Assembly: GCA_963842945.1 (NCBI GenBank)
Contig: CAWJIM010000003.1
Span: forward strand, 96,001-160,000
Reading direction: 5' to 3'
DNA: 64,000 nucleotides
Origin: an uncultured Gemmatimonadales bacterium
Lineage (GTDB): Bacteria > Gemmatimonadota > Gemmatimonadetes > Gemmatimonadales > GWC2-71-9
Part shown: positions 49,352 to 58,335 of the stretch, one piece after another
How the letters are laid out: each line of letters opens with the position of its first letter
How positions within the stretch are numbered: position 1 is the stretch's first letter
The notes under the pieces: model-generated
Database searches by the model: none
What the model saw: only the letters and a program-made list of their open reading frames with translations
What the model was told of the DNA's origin: nothing
Made by a program: the position numbers and the translations under genes

Positions 49352-50877
49352 GCCAGGGTGAAGCCCCCCTGGTGGAACCGCTGGGCAGTTCGGATGATCC
49401 CATCGATGTGTGCGCCCGTTTCCTCGATCTTCCGTTTCTCCTGTTTCTGGACAGCGCGTCCAAGCACTCCCACTCCGGCGAAGCCCAACAGCTCGAGCGA
49501 TTCTCCTTTTTAACCGCAGACCCTGTCTCTCTGATACGCAGTAAGGGCCGGAACACCGAGGTGCGACACGGTGAGGGCGGCTGGTCCAGCACCCCGGACG
49601 ACGCGTTGTCGGTAGCGCGGAGCCTGCTTCCACACCCGCCGCTCTCGCTGGTTCCCGGAATTCCGCCATTTCAGGGTGGCATTGCGGGCTACATCGGCTA
49701 CGACTGGGGGGCCGTCCTGGAACGCCTGCCGGTAGCGCGCTACGACGACCTGGCTGTGCCCGATGTGATCCTGGGTCTTTATGACTGGGTGATTGCCTGG
49801 GACCACCGCCAGGGTACCGCGTGGCTGATCTCCACCGGACTGCCGGAGGAGGGCATCGGCCGGGAACATCGGGCGCGGCAGAGGATGAAGCAGGTGCGAG
49901 AGCGTTTGGTATCCACGCTTGGCAGCGGGGCGGCGGGGCGGCGGGGCAGCGCGAAAAAAGGCCGAGACTCGACTCCCGATATTTCAACCGGGAGCTCCGC
50001 TTCCGCTCCAACTTATCCAGCTGTCGAGGTGGAAGGGGGCGACGTCATCGGACTTCGCTCGACCTTTACTCGGCGGGGATACCTGGACGCAGTGGCTCGG
50101 GTCCGCGAGTACATCGTCGCCGGCGACATCTTTCAGGCCAACCTGTCGCAACGGTTTCAGACCCGGCTTCCAGTCCCGCCTTTTCAGCTCTACCAGCAGC
50201 TTCGCCAGCGGAATCCCGCCCCCTTTTCCGCCTATCTGGATTTCGGCGAGCTCCAAGTCCTGAGCGCATCCCCCGAGCGGTTTCTCCGGCTGGATCAGGA
50301 GCGGCGCGAGGTAGAGACTCGGCCCATCAAGGGAACCCGCCCTCGAGGTCTCGGCCCGATGCACGACGCGGCGTTAGGCCGCGCGCTGGCGGAGAGCGAA
50401 AAGGACCGGGCGGAGAACGTGATGATCGTGGATTTGCTGCGGAATGACCTCTCCCGGGTCTGCCGGCCGGGGACCGTCCGCGTGCCCGAGCTCTTTGCCC
50501 TGGAGCATCACCCCACCGTTCACCATCTGGTCTCGACTGTGGTGGGAGAGCTGGAGCCTGCGGCCGACGCCATCGATCTCCTGCGCGCCACCTTTCCTGG
50601 GGGGTCCATCACCGGGGCGCCCAAGGTTCGAGCCATGGAGATCATCGCCGAGCTGGAGCCGACCCAGCGAGGGGTGTACTGCGGCTCGATTGGCTACCTC
50701 AGTGCTTCCGGCGCCATGGACACCAGCATCGTTATTCGAACCTATCTGGTGCTTCGGGGCCAGGTATACTTTCAGGCCGGGGGCGGCATCGTGGCCGACT
50801 CCGACCCCGAGCTGGAGTATCGGGAGACGCTGGATAAGGCGCGAGGGCTGATTGAAACGTTAGCGGAGTCGGAATGA
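49348..50877 (+). CDS. pabB: Aminodeoxychorismate synthase component I
   Basis: PFQGG..GY.GYD, AGDIFQANL, SPERFL, PIKGT, KDRAENVMIVDLLRND, GSITGAPK. Confidence 0.93.
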   Translation: MSQGEAPLVEPLGSSDDPIDVCARFLDLPFLLFLDSASKHSHSGEAQQLERFSFLTADPVSLIRSKGRNTEVRHGEGGWSSTPDDALSVARSLLPHPPLSLVPGIPPFQGGIAGYIGYDWGAVLERLPVARYDDLAVPDVILGLYDWVIAWDHRQGTAWLISTGLPEEGIGREHRARQRMKQVRERLVSTLGSGAAGRRGSAKKGRDSTPDISTGSSASAPTYPAVEVEGGDVIGLRSTFTRRGYLDAVARVREYIVAGDIFQANLSQRFQTRLPVPPFQLYQQLRQRNPAPFSAYLDFGELQVLSASPERFLRLDQERREVETRPIKGTRPRGLGPMHDAALGRALAESEKDRAENVMIVDLLRNDLSRVCRPGTVRVPELFALEHHPTVHHLVSTVVGELEPAADAIDLLRATFPGGSITGAPKVRAMEIIAELEPTQRGVYCGSIGYLSASGAMDTSIVIRTYLVLRGQVYFQAGGGIVADSDPELEYRETLDKARGLIETLAESE

Positions 50878-51548
50878 TTCTCCTCATCGACAACTACGAC
50901 TCCTTCGTCTACAATCTCGCCCGGTATGTCCGTGAGCTGGGTGAGGTTCCGCTGGTGCGCCGGCACGACGCCGTTACGGTGGACGAGATTGAGGCGCTGG
51001 CACCCTCCCACATCATCATCTCGCCCGGCCCGTGCACGCCGAATGAGGCAGGGATCTCAACCGAGGTGGTCCGGCAATTGGGCGAGCGGATCCCGGTGCT
51101 CGGTGTCTGCCTGGGCCACCAGTGCATCGGAGCGGCCTACGGTGGGGAGATCGTTCGCGCCGGGCGGCCCATGCATGGCAAGCCGTCTCGCATTCATCAC
51201 CAGGCACAGGGTCTTTTTACCGGACTGCCCAGTCCCTTCACTGCCACCCGTTATCACTCCCTGGTGATCGCCCCCGCATCCATTCCGCCGGATCTGAAAG
51301 TCACCGCCACTTCCGAGGATGGTGAGATCATGGCGGTTCAGCATGCGAGAAACCCGGTGTACGGCGTGCAGTTTCATCCGGAGTCGGTCCTCAGCGAGCA
51401 CGGGTATCGGTTGCTGGACCACTTCCTCCACGGCATTCCAACTGCTCCCCGCCCGGTCCCGCTTGCGGCAGACGGAGCACTCGTGTCGCTGACGGCCGAA
51501 GCCGCTCCCATCGCGTCCAATCCCCCTCCCGCCAGTCTGGTCCGGTGA
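50874..51548 (+). CDS. pabA: Aminodeoxychorismate synthase component II (glutamine amidotransferase)
   Basis: IDNYDSF, SPGP, GVCLGHQ, RYHSL, QFHPES. Confidence 0.93.
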   Translation: MILLIDNYDSFVYNLARYVRELGEVPLVRRHDAVTVDEIEALAPSHIIISPGPCTPNEAGISTEVVRQLGERIPVLGVCLGHQCIGAAYGGEIVRAGRPMHGKPSRIHHQAQGLFTGLPSPFTATRYHSLVIAPASIPPDLKVTATSEDGEIMAVQHARNPVYGVQFHPESVLSEHGYRLLDHFLHGIPTAPRPVPLAADGALVSLTAEAAPIASNPPPASLVR

Positions 51549-52090
51549 TCGTTGAGACGATCGTGACCAGCATGGACAGCGAAGAGGCCATCAACTTCGC
51601 GCCGATGGGGGTTGAGTGGGGGGACTCGACCATCGTGCTCAAACCGTTTCTCGAGACCACCACCTTCCGGAACGTGCGGGCGAGCGGGTCAGCCGTGGTC
51701 AACCTGACCGATGACGCGATGCTCTTTGCGCAGGGAGCGATCTCCAGCCCCCAGTTCCCCTTCCATCCCGCCACAGTCGTACGCGGAGCGGTGCTGGATG
51801 CGGCCTGTTCCTGGCGAGAGCTCGAGGTGGTCTCGGTGGATGCCACACCACCTCGATCCCGGATCGAGGCCCGCGTGGTCCATCGCGGGGTCAAGCGTGA
51901 GTTCATCGGATTCAACCGGGCTCGTCACGCAGTACTGGAGGCGGCCATTCTGGCGACCCGGACTCACCTGCTGCCGGCCGAACAGATCCGGGAGGAACTG
52001 GCCCGGCTGCAAATCATCGTAGACAAGACGGCGGGGCCCAGGGAACGGGAGGCGATGGACCTGCTGACCGAGTATGTCCGATCGCGCTAG
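51545..52090 (+). CDS. DUF447-family protein (Orf22-like)
   Basis: IVETIVT, NFAPMG, PF..TTT..N, GFNRARHAVLEAAILATR. Confidence 0.88.
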   Translation: MIVETIVTSMDSEEAINFAPMGVEWGDSTIVLKPFLETTTFRNVRASGSAVVNLTDDAMLFAQGAISSPQFPFHPATVVRGAVLDAACSWRELEVVSVDATPPRSRIEARVVHRGVKREFIGFNRARHAVLEAAILATRTHLLPAEQIREELARLQIIVDKTAGPREREAMDLLTEYVRSR

Positions 52091-53048
52091 CGTCTTCGTC
52101 GAAGCCCCGGCCCGATTGCACTTCGGCGTCCTCGACCTCCGGGGCAACCTTGGACGGTGCTTCGGCGGACTCGGAGCCGCGATCCCCTCCCCATCGCTCC
52201 TGCTGGAAGCACAGCCGGCCGGCCGAGTCTCGTCCGAGGGGCCTGACGCCGAGCGTGCCGCAGAATTCGCCGAGCGGTTCCTGCGGGATCGGCGGCTCTT
52301 TGGTGGTGTCCATCTGATTGTCCATCGCGCCATTCCGAGCCATTCGGGGTTGGGCTCGGGTACTCAGCTGGGTCTGGCGGTGGCCCGCGCGTTGGCCGAG
52401 CTCCACGGTCTTAGCCTCGATCCCGTGGAGCTCGCCCGATCCACCGGACGAGGGAAGCGTTCCGCCATCGGCACCTGGGCCTTCAGCGGCGGAGGATTCA
52501 TCGTCGAAGGGGGCCGTCATCCAGGGACGGAGAGGATCGCGCCGCTGATAGCCCGGCTACCCGTTCCGGCCGACTGGCGCTACGTAGTTGCGGTCCCCTC
52601 TGCCGGACGAGGGCTGAGTGGAGAGGATGAGGCCCGGGCCTTCGAACAGCTCCCGGCCCCACCGGAAGGCGACGCTGAACGGGTGGCGCACCTGGTCCTG
52701 ATGCAGCTGCTTCCGTCGCTGATAGACGCCGACCTGTCGAGCTTCGGCGCAGCGTTGTCTGCCATCCAGCGGATTACCGGGGCTTGGTTTGCCACCCAGC
52801 AAGGGGGAGTGTTTGCGCCCGGTCCCACCGAAGAGCTCATCGCTGCCATGGTTCGTTCCGGCGCAGCAGGGGTGGGTCAAAGCTCCTGGGGTCCGGCGGC
52901 ATACGGCCTGGCCGGAAGTGACGCGGCGGCGGGCCGCCTGGCTCAGGAACTGGGTCCGCTCCTGGGATCGGCCGGAAAGGTTTTTCAGGGGCCATTTACG
53001 GACCAAGGGGCCCGGGTCTGGAGGGGTCCCGCAGCGTCCCAGAACTGA
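52074..53048 (+). CDS. mptG: Beta-ribofuranosylaminobenzene 5'-phosphate synthase
   Basis: PARLHFG, HSGLGSGTQL, RGKRSAIG, GGFIVEGG, GQSSWGP. Confidence 0.95.
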   Translation: MSDRASVFVEAPARLHFGVLDLRGNLGRCFGGLGAAIPSPSLLLEAQPAGRVSSEGPDAERAAEFAERFLRDRRLFGGVHLIVHRAIPSHSGLGSGTQLGLAVARALAELHGLSLDPVELARSTGRGKRSAIGTWAFSGGGFIVEGGRHPGTERIAPLIARLPVPADWRYVVAVPSAGRGLSGEDEARAFEQLPAPPEGDAERVAHLVLMQLLPSLIDADLSSFGAALSAIQRITGAWFATQQGGVFAPGPTEELIAAMVRSGAAGVGQSSWGPAAYGLAGSDAAAGRLAQELGPLLGSAGKVFQGPFTDQGARVWRGPAASQN

Positions 53049-53077
53049 TTGACAGGTCATTTTACGGGCTGTATACT
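53049..53077 (+). promoter_or_regulatory. Near-consensus sigma70 promoter about 600 nt upstream of xoxF
   Basis: TTGACA (53049-53054) N17 TATACT (53072-53077). Confidence 0.8.
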
Positions 53078-53676
53078 GACCCCTCTAAGCCTCCTGTAAT
53101 CGGCGACTTGGCGGTTCTCGAACAACGGCTTAGCCCAGTCCCGCGGCATCACTATGGCACTGAATGCTGCCTTCCGCTTGCAGCCATTTTGCGGGTACAT
53201 ACCTGGGTTCAGCGGCGCCTGAGGAGTGGGATGGAATTGTTTCATTACGCTGACATGAGCTGGTCGAATCTCAATCCGCAGCGCGGCCTCGCCCGGGAAA
53301 AGCCGTGGCCCGACCCTATGTGGTGGCGCAGACCCAGCCGGCAGCAACATTCCATTCCCCATCCTTCCCTGTCTTTCCGTCTTCACTTTCTACACCAGCT
53401 TCGCGCGACCAGCCCTCGTGTGCCGGATCGCGCCCCCGAATCCATCCGGCAAACCCCGCTCCGGCGTATATGGTGCAGGGCCGCGACCGTGTTTCGCCGG
53501 TGGATGCTCCCGACAGTCGAGCGCGGGCCTCCAGGCCACGCAGCGTTTGAACGTCGGCTGTAGTCCTGGCCCGGGCCGGCTCTCGAGGGATGCAAGGCCT
53601 TTCGCCGCCCGACCTGTCTGCTAGACGAAGCACCGATGGAGCAGTAGAGAATCACCCTTTTCCCTGAGGTCAGATT

Positions 53677-55491
53677 ATGAACCATGTTGCGCAGAAGGTG
53701 GTGTCTGGCGGACTCGCTGCGGGGCTTTCCATCGCCGTAGCACTGTCGGCCAGCGCCCAACAGGCGCGGTCCGGTGCTTGGACCTACGATGCGCCCGAGG
53801 GCGAATGGCACATGACCGGTCGGGATTACAGCTTGCAGCGGTTCAGCCCGCTCAAGCAGATCACGACCTCCAACGTGGCCGAGCTCCGGCCGGTCTGGTC
53901 GTTCTCGACCGGGACGCTTCGGGGACACGAGGGCAACCCCCTCGTGATCGGCAACGTGATGTACGTCCACACGTCCTTCCCGAACATCGTGTACGCGCTC
54001 GATCTGTCCAAGGCCGGCGCGCCGCAGATCTGGAAGTACGTGCCCAACCAGTCGCCGGATGCAATTCCAATCGCCTGTTGCGACCTGGTGAACCGAGGCA
54101 CCGCCTACCACAAGAGCGGCAAGATCTTCATCCAGCTGCTGCAGGGTGAGCTGCTCGCGCTCGATGCCAAGACCGGCAAAGAGCTGTGGAAGGCCAAGAA
54201 CGCCGACTACAAGCAGGGCAGCACCATGACCAACGCCCCCATCGTGATCAAGGACCTCGTCATTGCAGGCATTTCGGGCGGTGAGTTCGGCGTCCGGGGC
54301 CGGGTGACGGCGTACAATGTGAACGACGGGAAGGAAGTCTGGCGCGGCTACAGCACCGGTCCGGACAGCGAAGTGCTCATTTCCGGCGACGCCAATGCCA
54401 ACTATCCGTCCCACAAGGGCAAGGATCTGGGCGTCTCCACCTGGCAGGGCGATGAGTGGAAGCGGGGCGGCGGCACCACCTGGGGTTGGTATTCCTATGA
54501 CCCCGAGCTGAACCTCTTCTATTACAGCACCGGTAACCCGGGCACCTGGAACCCTGATCAGCGCCCCGGAGACAACAAGTGGTCGATGACCATCTTCGCC
54601 CGTAACCCGGACAACGGGCAGGTGAAGTGGGCCTATCAGATGACCCCCCACGATGAGTGGGACTATGACGGTGTGAACGAGAACGTGCTGTTCGAGAGTG
54701 GCGGCAAGAAGCTGCTGGCGCACTTCGACCGGAACGGCTTCGGCTACACCCTCGATCGCACCAACGGCAAGGTCCTGGTGGCGCAGCCCTACGGTCCGGT
54801 CAACTGGGCCAAGCGGGTCGATTTGACCACCGGCGTGCCGGAGAAGGATCCGAAGTATGGCACCACCGCGAAGAAGAACACCGAGGGCATCTGCCCCGCG
54901 GCGATCGGCTTCAAGGATCAGCAGCCGGCAGCGTTCTCGCCGATAACCGGCTACTTCTACGTCCCGGCAAACCACATCTGCATGGACTATGAAGGCGTCG
55001 AAGTGAAGTACACCGCCGGTCAGCCGTACGTTGGCGCGATCGTGCGGATGTTCCCCGGCCCCGGCGGACACCGTGGCAATTTCATTGCCTGGGATCCGAT
55101 GAAGGGCAAGGCCGTGTGGCAGAACAAGGAGAACCTCGCGGCGTACGGCGGGGCCCTGACCACGGCCGGTGGGTTGGTCTTCTACGGCACCATGGAAGGC
55201 TGGCTCAAGGCACTCGATGCCAAGACGGGCAAGGCGTTGTGGCAGTACAAGACCCCGTCGGGCATCATCGGCAACCCGATGACCTATAACGCTCCCGATG
55301 GCCAGCAGTATGTGGCCGTGCTCTCGGGCATCGGCGGCTGGGCCGGTATCGGCGTGGCTGCGGGCATTGGCGCCGAAGATCCGACTGCCGGACTGGGCGC
55401 GCTCGGCGCGTTCGGTGACGCGGGCAACTTCAGCACCCAGGGTGGCGTGCTGACCGTGTTCGGGCTGAAGAACATGGCCCCGGGCAAGTAA
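53677..55491 (+). CDS. xoxF: Lanthanide-dependent PQQ methanol dehydrogenase
   Basis: Signal peptide; RGHEG, vicinal ACCD, GGEFGVRG, GNPGTW, RPGDN, TPHDEWDYDGVNE with the extra Asp diagnostic of lanthanide binding; no mxaI downstream. Confidence 0.96.
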   Translation: MNHVAQKVVSGGLAAGLSIAVALSASAQQARSGAWTYDAPEGEWHMTGRDYSLQRFSPLKQITTSNVAELRPVWSFSTGTLRGHEGNPLVIGNVMYVHTSFPNIVYALDLSKAGAPQIWKYVPNQSPDAIPIACCDLVNRGTAYHKSGKIFIQLLQGELLALDAKTGKELWKAKNADYKQGSTMTNAPIVIKDLVIAGISGGEFGVRGRVTAYNVNDGKEVWRGYSTGPDSEVLISGDANANYPSHKGKDLGVSTWQGDEWKRGGGTTWGWYSYDPELNLFYYSTGNPGTWNPDQRPGDNKWSMTIFARNPDNGQVKWAYQMTPHDEWDYDGVNENVLFESGGKKLLAHFDRNGFGYTLDRTNGKVLVAQPYGPVNWAKRVDLTTGVPEKDPKYGTTAKKNTEGICPAAIGFKDQQPAAFSPITGYFYVPANHICMDYEGVEVKYTAGQPYVGAIVRMFPGPGGHRGNFIAWDPMKGKAVWQNKENLAAYGGALTTAGGLVFYGTMEGWLKALDAKTGKALWQYKTPSGIIGNPMTYNAPDGQQYVAVLSGIGGWAGIGVAAGIGAEDPTAGLGALGAFGDAGNFSTQGGVLTVFGLKNMAPGK

Positions 55492-55510
55492 GCAATTCCT
55501 TGTCCTGGTG

Positions 55511-55539
55511 AAAGGCCGGACTTTTCGTTCCGGCCTTTT
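55511..55539 (+). terminator. Terminator-like hairpin between xoxF and xoxJ
   Basis: AAAGGCCGGA…TCCGGCCTTTT. Confidence 0.7.
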
Positions 55540-55669
55540 ACCCGGATAAATTGCAGAAGTGAGAGACGGCGCCGGGGTGCTGTTCGCTCCGGGGCCGTTC
55601 TCATTTATATGGGGATGGCGCCGGCCGCACCCCGCTGTCCGGAGCACCCCAACTCAGATGGGGTTTGCC

Positions 55670-56599
55670 ATGCATCGACCGTCGAAAAGGTGGTACCGCG
55701 GAGCCCTGCTGGCGATCCTGGTTGCGCCTCTGCTCTCGGCGACGGCCTCAGCCCAGCGGCCGGCACCACTCACGCCGGGATTGCTCCGGGTCTGCGCCGA
55801 TATGGACAACCTGCCCTTCTCCAACCAGAAGGGAGAAGGTTATGAGAACAAGATCGCCGAGCTGATCGCCGGCGAGTGGCATTCCCGCCTGGAGTACACC
55901 TGGTGGCCGATTCGTCGGGGGTACTACCGGATGCTGAACGGCACCTATTGCGATCTGGTGATCGAGTCGCCGGTCGGAGTGGACCAGGCCGGAGCGACCA
56001 AGCCCTACTACCGGTCGGGATACATGTTCCTCTCCCGCCGGGGCAGCGGGCTGGAGACCATCAATTCACTCGCCGACCCCCGGCTTAAGAAACTGAAGAT
56101 CGGCGTCAATCTGTTCGTCTCAACCGATGGGGAGCACTCGCCCCCTGAAATGGCGCTCAGCCGTTACGGGGTGGTCGGTAACCTCGTGGGATACAGCGTG
56201 GCGTACGATGACAGCACTCGCCCGGAAGACATCATCAACGCCGTGGCCAAGAAGGACGTGGACCTGGCCATCGTCTGGGGGCCGCAGGCCGGGTACTTCG
56301 TCAAGAAGTCTGCGGTACCCTTGGTGCTGACGCCGCTGGCCACGGAAGTCGATTCGGCAACCGGCTATCCCATGAGCTACAACATCGGCATGGCGGTTCG
56401 CCGCCGGGACCATGAGTTCCGGGACAGCCTGCAGACCCTGCTGGACCGCAAACATTCCGAGATCCTGGGCATCCTCAAGCAGTACGGAGTCCCCGCCTTC
56501 CCGGTCAAGGAGAGCAAGGGGGACGACGACGACGGTCCCAAGACCTCGGCTCCCCCGCCGGGCCCGCCTTCGGACTCGACTCGCGCTTCGAAGCCATAG
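55670..56599 (+). CDS. xoxJ: XoxJ/MxaJ-like periplasmic binding protein
   Basis: LRVCAD..NLPFSN..GEGYENKIAELIA, TKPYYRSGY, AIVWGP.AGYF, IGMAVR. Confidence 0.93.
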   Translation: MHRPSKRWYRGALLAILVAPLLSATASAQRPAPLTPGLLRVCADMDNLPFSNQKGEGYENKIAELIAGEWHSRLEYTWWPIRRGYYRMLNGTYCDLVIESPVGVDQAGATKPYYRSGYMFLSRRGSGLETINSLADPRLKKLKIGVNLFVSTDGEHSPPEMALSRYGVVGNLVGYSVAYDDSTRPEDIINAVAKKDVDLAIVWGPQAGYFVKKSAVPLVLTPLATEVDSATGYPMSYNIGMAVRRRDHEFRDSLQTLLDRKHSEILGILKQYGVPAFPVKESKGDDDDGPKTSAPPPGPPSDSTRASKP

Positions 56600-56635
56600 C
56601 TGCCACTTCCTCTCTGAAAGGACCGAACTTCCAGC

Positions 56636-57052
56636 ATGGCCAGACTCCGCGTAGTCCTCGGGATCGCCGTCACGCTCTGTGCTTTCACCTCGAGGCTGCG
56701 GGCCCAGGAGCTTCGGGACCAGTACCATCAGGCACCCAGAGACACCGTTGCCCAGGAGGTGTACGACGGTTGGAAGCAGTTCAACCTCAACTGCGCCCGC
56801 TGTCATGGGGAAGACGTTCAGGGGACTACGATCGCGCCCCACCTGATCGTGTCGCTCAAGCCGGATGGCCCGATCAACACCAAGGAGCTTTTCATCCAGA
56901 CGGTCTGCGCTGGACGGCCCGCCAAAGGCATGCCCTCCTGGTGCGCTCTGGGAATGGAAATGCCGACCATCGAGAAGATCTACGCCTACGTCAAAGGCCG
57001 GAGCGACGCCAAGATCGGCCCCGGCCGACCGGCGGTGAAGACCGGGACTTAG
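56636..57052 (+). CDS. xoxG: c-type cytochrome, probable XoxF electron acceptor (XoxG-like)
   Basis: Signal peptide, CARCHG, GMPSW; position after xoxF-xoxJ. Confidence 0.8.
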   Translation: MARLRVVLGIAVTLCAFTSRLRAQELRDQYHQAPRDTVAQEVYDGWKQFNLNCARCHGEDVQGTTIAPHLIVSLKPDGPINTKELFIQTVCAGRPAKGMPSWCALGMEMPTIEKIYAYVKGRSDAKIGPGRPAVKTGT

Positions 57053-57054
57053 AG

Positions 57055-58335
57055 ATGACTCGTGGCTTGACTGGTGCTGGTCGCCTGCTGCTGCTGACCC
57101 TGGCCACGATCTGCTCGCCCATATCCGCGGAGGCTCAGCAGCGGCAGGAACCCCTCGCGTCCTACCCCGTCGCCTTCTATGGCAAGGGCGCCAATTCACT
57201 GGAAAAGAACGACGGCCAGGTCGCCACCACGACCGACAGCATTCTCCGCTCCGATCTCCAAGCCTCAGGACGCTTCCGGCTCATTCCTTCAGAGCAGCTA
57301 TCCGGCGCGCTCTCGGACACCGCCAAGGCCGGCGCGGAGTGCGTCAGCCTCGACTGCCGCCAGGCGATCAGCCGCAAATTGGGAGCTGTGTGGATGGTGA
57401 CCACGAAGCTCAGCAAGACCAGCAATCTGATCTGGTATCTGTCCGGTCAACTTACCGATGTGCGGAGTGGACGGCGGCTTCTGGATGATGAGTTCGAGCT
57501 GAAGGGAATCGCGGAGGACATCGCGAAGGGGGGAGCGCATTCCTTGGCCCGCCGCATTGTGGCTGCCGTCGAGAAAGCCGCTTCCCCCGCCAAGACGGCA
57601 ACCCGGCTCGATTCCAAGACGGTCAGGGCCCGGCTGGCAGCCGCCACCGACAGCAGTCCACCGGATCTCAGCAAGACCGACCTCAGTGGGCTGGACCTGA
57701 ACGGTGTCGATTTCAAACGGGCCAACCTGACCGGTGCCCGGCTGGTGGGGACCAAGCTGGCCGGAGCGAATCTGTTCACCGTCGATCTCACCGACGCAGT
57801 CCTGGCCAACGCCGATCTGAGCCGGGCCAACCTCGATGGAACGGTGCTACGCCGAGCCAACTTCCAGGGCGCCAACCTGGAAGGGGCCAGCCTCTTCGCT
57901 ACGATCGTCGAGTCGGCCAATCTGGCCAACGCCAATCTTTCCGGCGCCCGGATCATCGGCTACCTCCGGGGAGCCAAGCTGGGAGGCGCCAGTCTGCGCC
58001 ACGCCAATGCCGGCGCCGATCCAGGCAATCAGTCTATGGGGGTCATGCGAGCCACCTTCGTAGGGGCTGACCTGAGCGGAGCAGATCTGTCCGACGCGAA
58101 TCTCTTCAAGGCCGACCTCTCCCATGCCAATCTGACCAACGCAAAACTGGTCCGAACCAATCTCATGAACGCGGACCTGATCCAGACCGATCTGACACGA
58201 GCCGATCTGACCGGGGCCAAGCTGGCCAAGGCGAACATCGACGAGGCCGACTTTAGCCAGGCGGTGGGGATCGATCGGATCGAGGGACTGGATCAGGCCC
58301 GCAACCGGGAAAAGGCAAACTTTGATGCGAAATGA
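57055..58335 (+). CDS. Exported protein with a DUF2380/DUF3280-like domain fused to pentapeptide repeats
   Basis: Signal peptide; C..DCR….KLGA.W…..KTSNLI…L.DV domain; long A(N/D)LxG repeat tract. Confidence 0.85.
   Translation: MTRGLTGAGRLLLLTLATICSPISAEAQQRQEPLASYPVAFYGKGANSLEKNDGQVATTTDSILRSDLQASGRFRLIPSEQLSGALSDTAKAGAECVSLDCRQAISRKLGAVWMVTTKLSKTSNLIWYLSGQLTDVRSGRRLLDDEFELKGIAEDIAKGGAHSLARRIVAAVEKAASPAKTATRLDSKTVRARLAAATDSSPPDLSKTDLSGLDLNGVDFKRANLTGARLVGTKLAGANLFTVDLTDAVLANADLSRANLDGTVLRRANFQGANLEGASLFATIVESANLANANLSGARIIGYLRGAKLGGASLRHANAGADPGNQSMGVMRATFVGADLSGADLSDANLFKADLSHANLTNAKLVRTNLMNADLIQTDLTRADLTGAKLAKANIDEADFSQAVGIDRIEGLDQARNREKANFDAK

Noticed and set aside
53143..53172. Possible sigma54 promoter (TGGCAC…GC)
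   Set aside because: GG-to-GC spacing is off for the TGGCAC copy, and the alternative alignment lacks the TTGC consensus
53200..53260. PqqA-like GMELFHY (E-x3-Y) upstream of xoxF
   Set aside because: It lacks the W-x2-P leader spacing and a suitable start, the frame continues about 100 codons past the Tyr, and no pqqB-E genes are nearby
53383..55647. Long antisense ORFs (754 aa here; also 33549-35471, 47861-50011 and 12202-13815)
   Set aside because: These are shadows of strongly codon-biased high-GC genes on the opposite strand, with no motifs
57640..58260. DNA-level periodic repeats (GCCAACCTG/GCCGATCTG)
   Set aside because: Explained by the pentapeptide-repeat protein coding sequence
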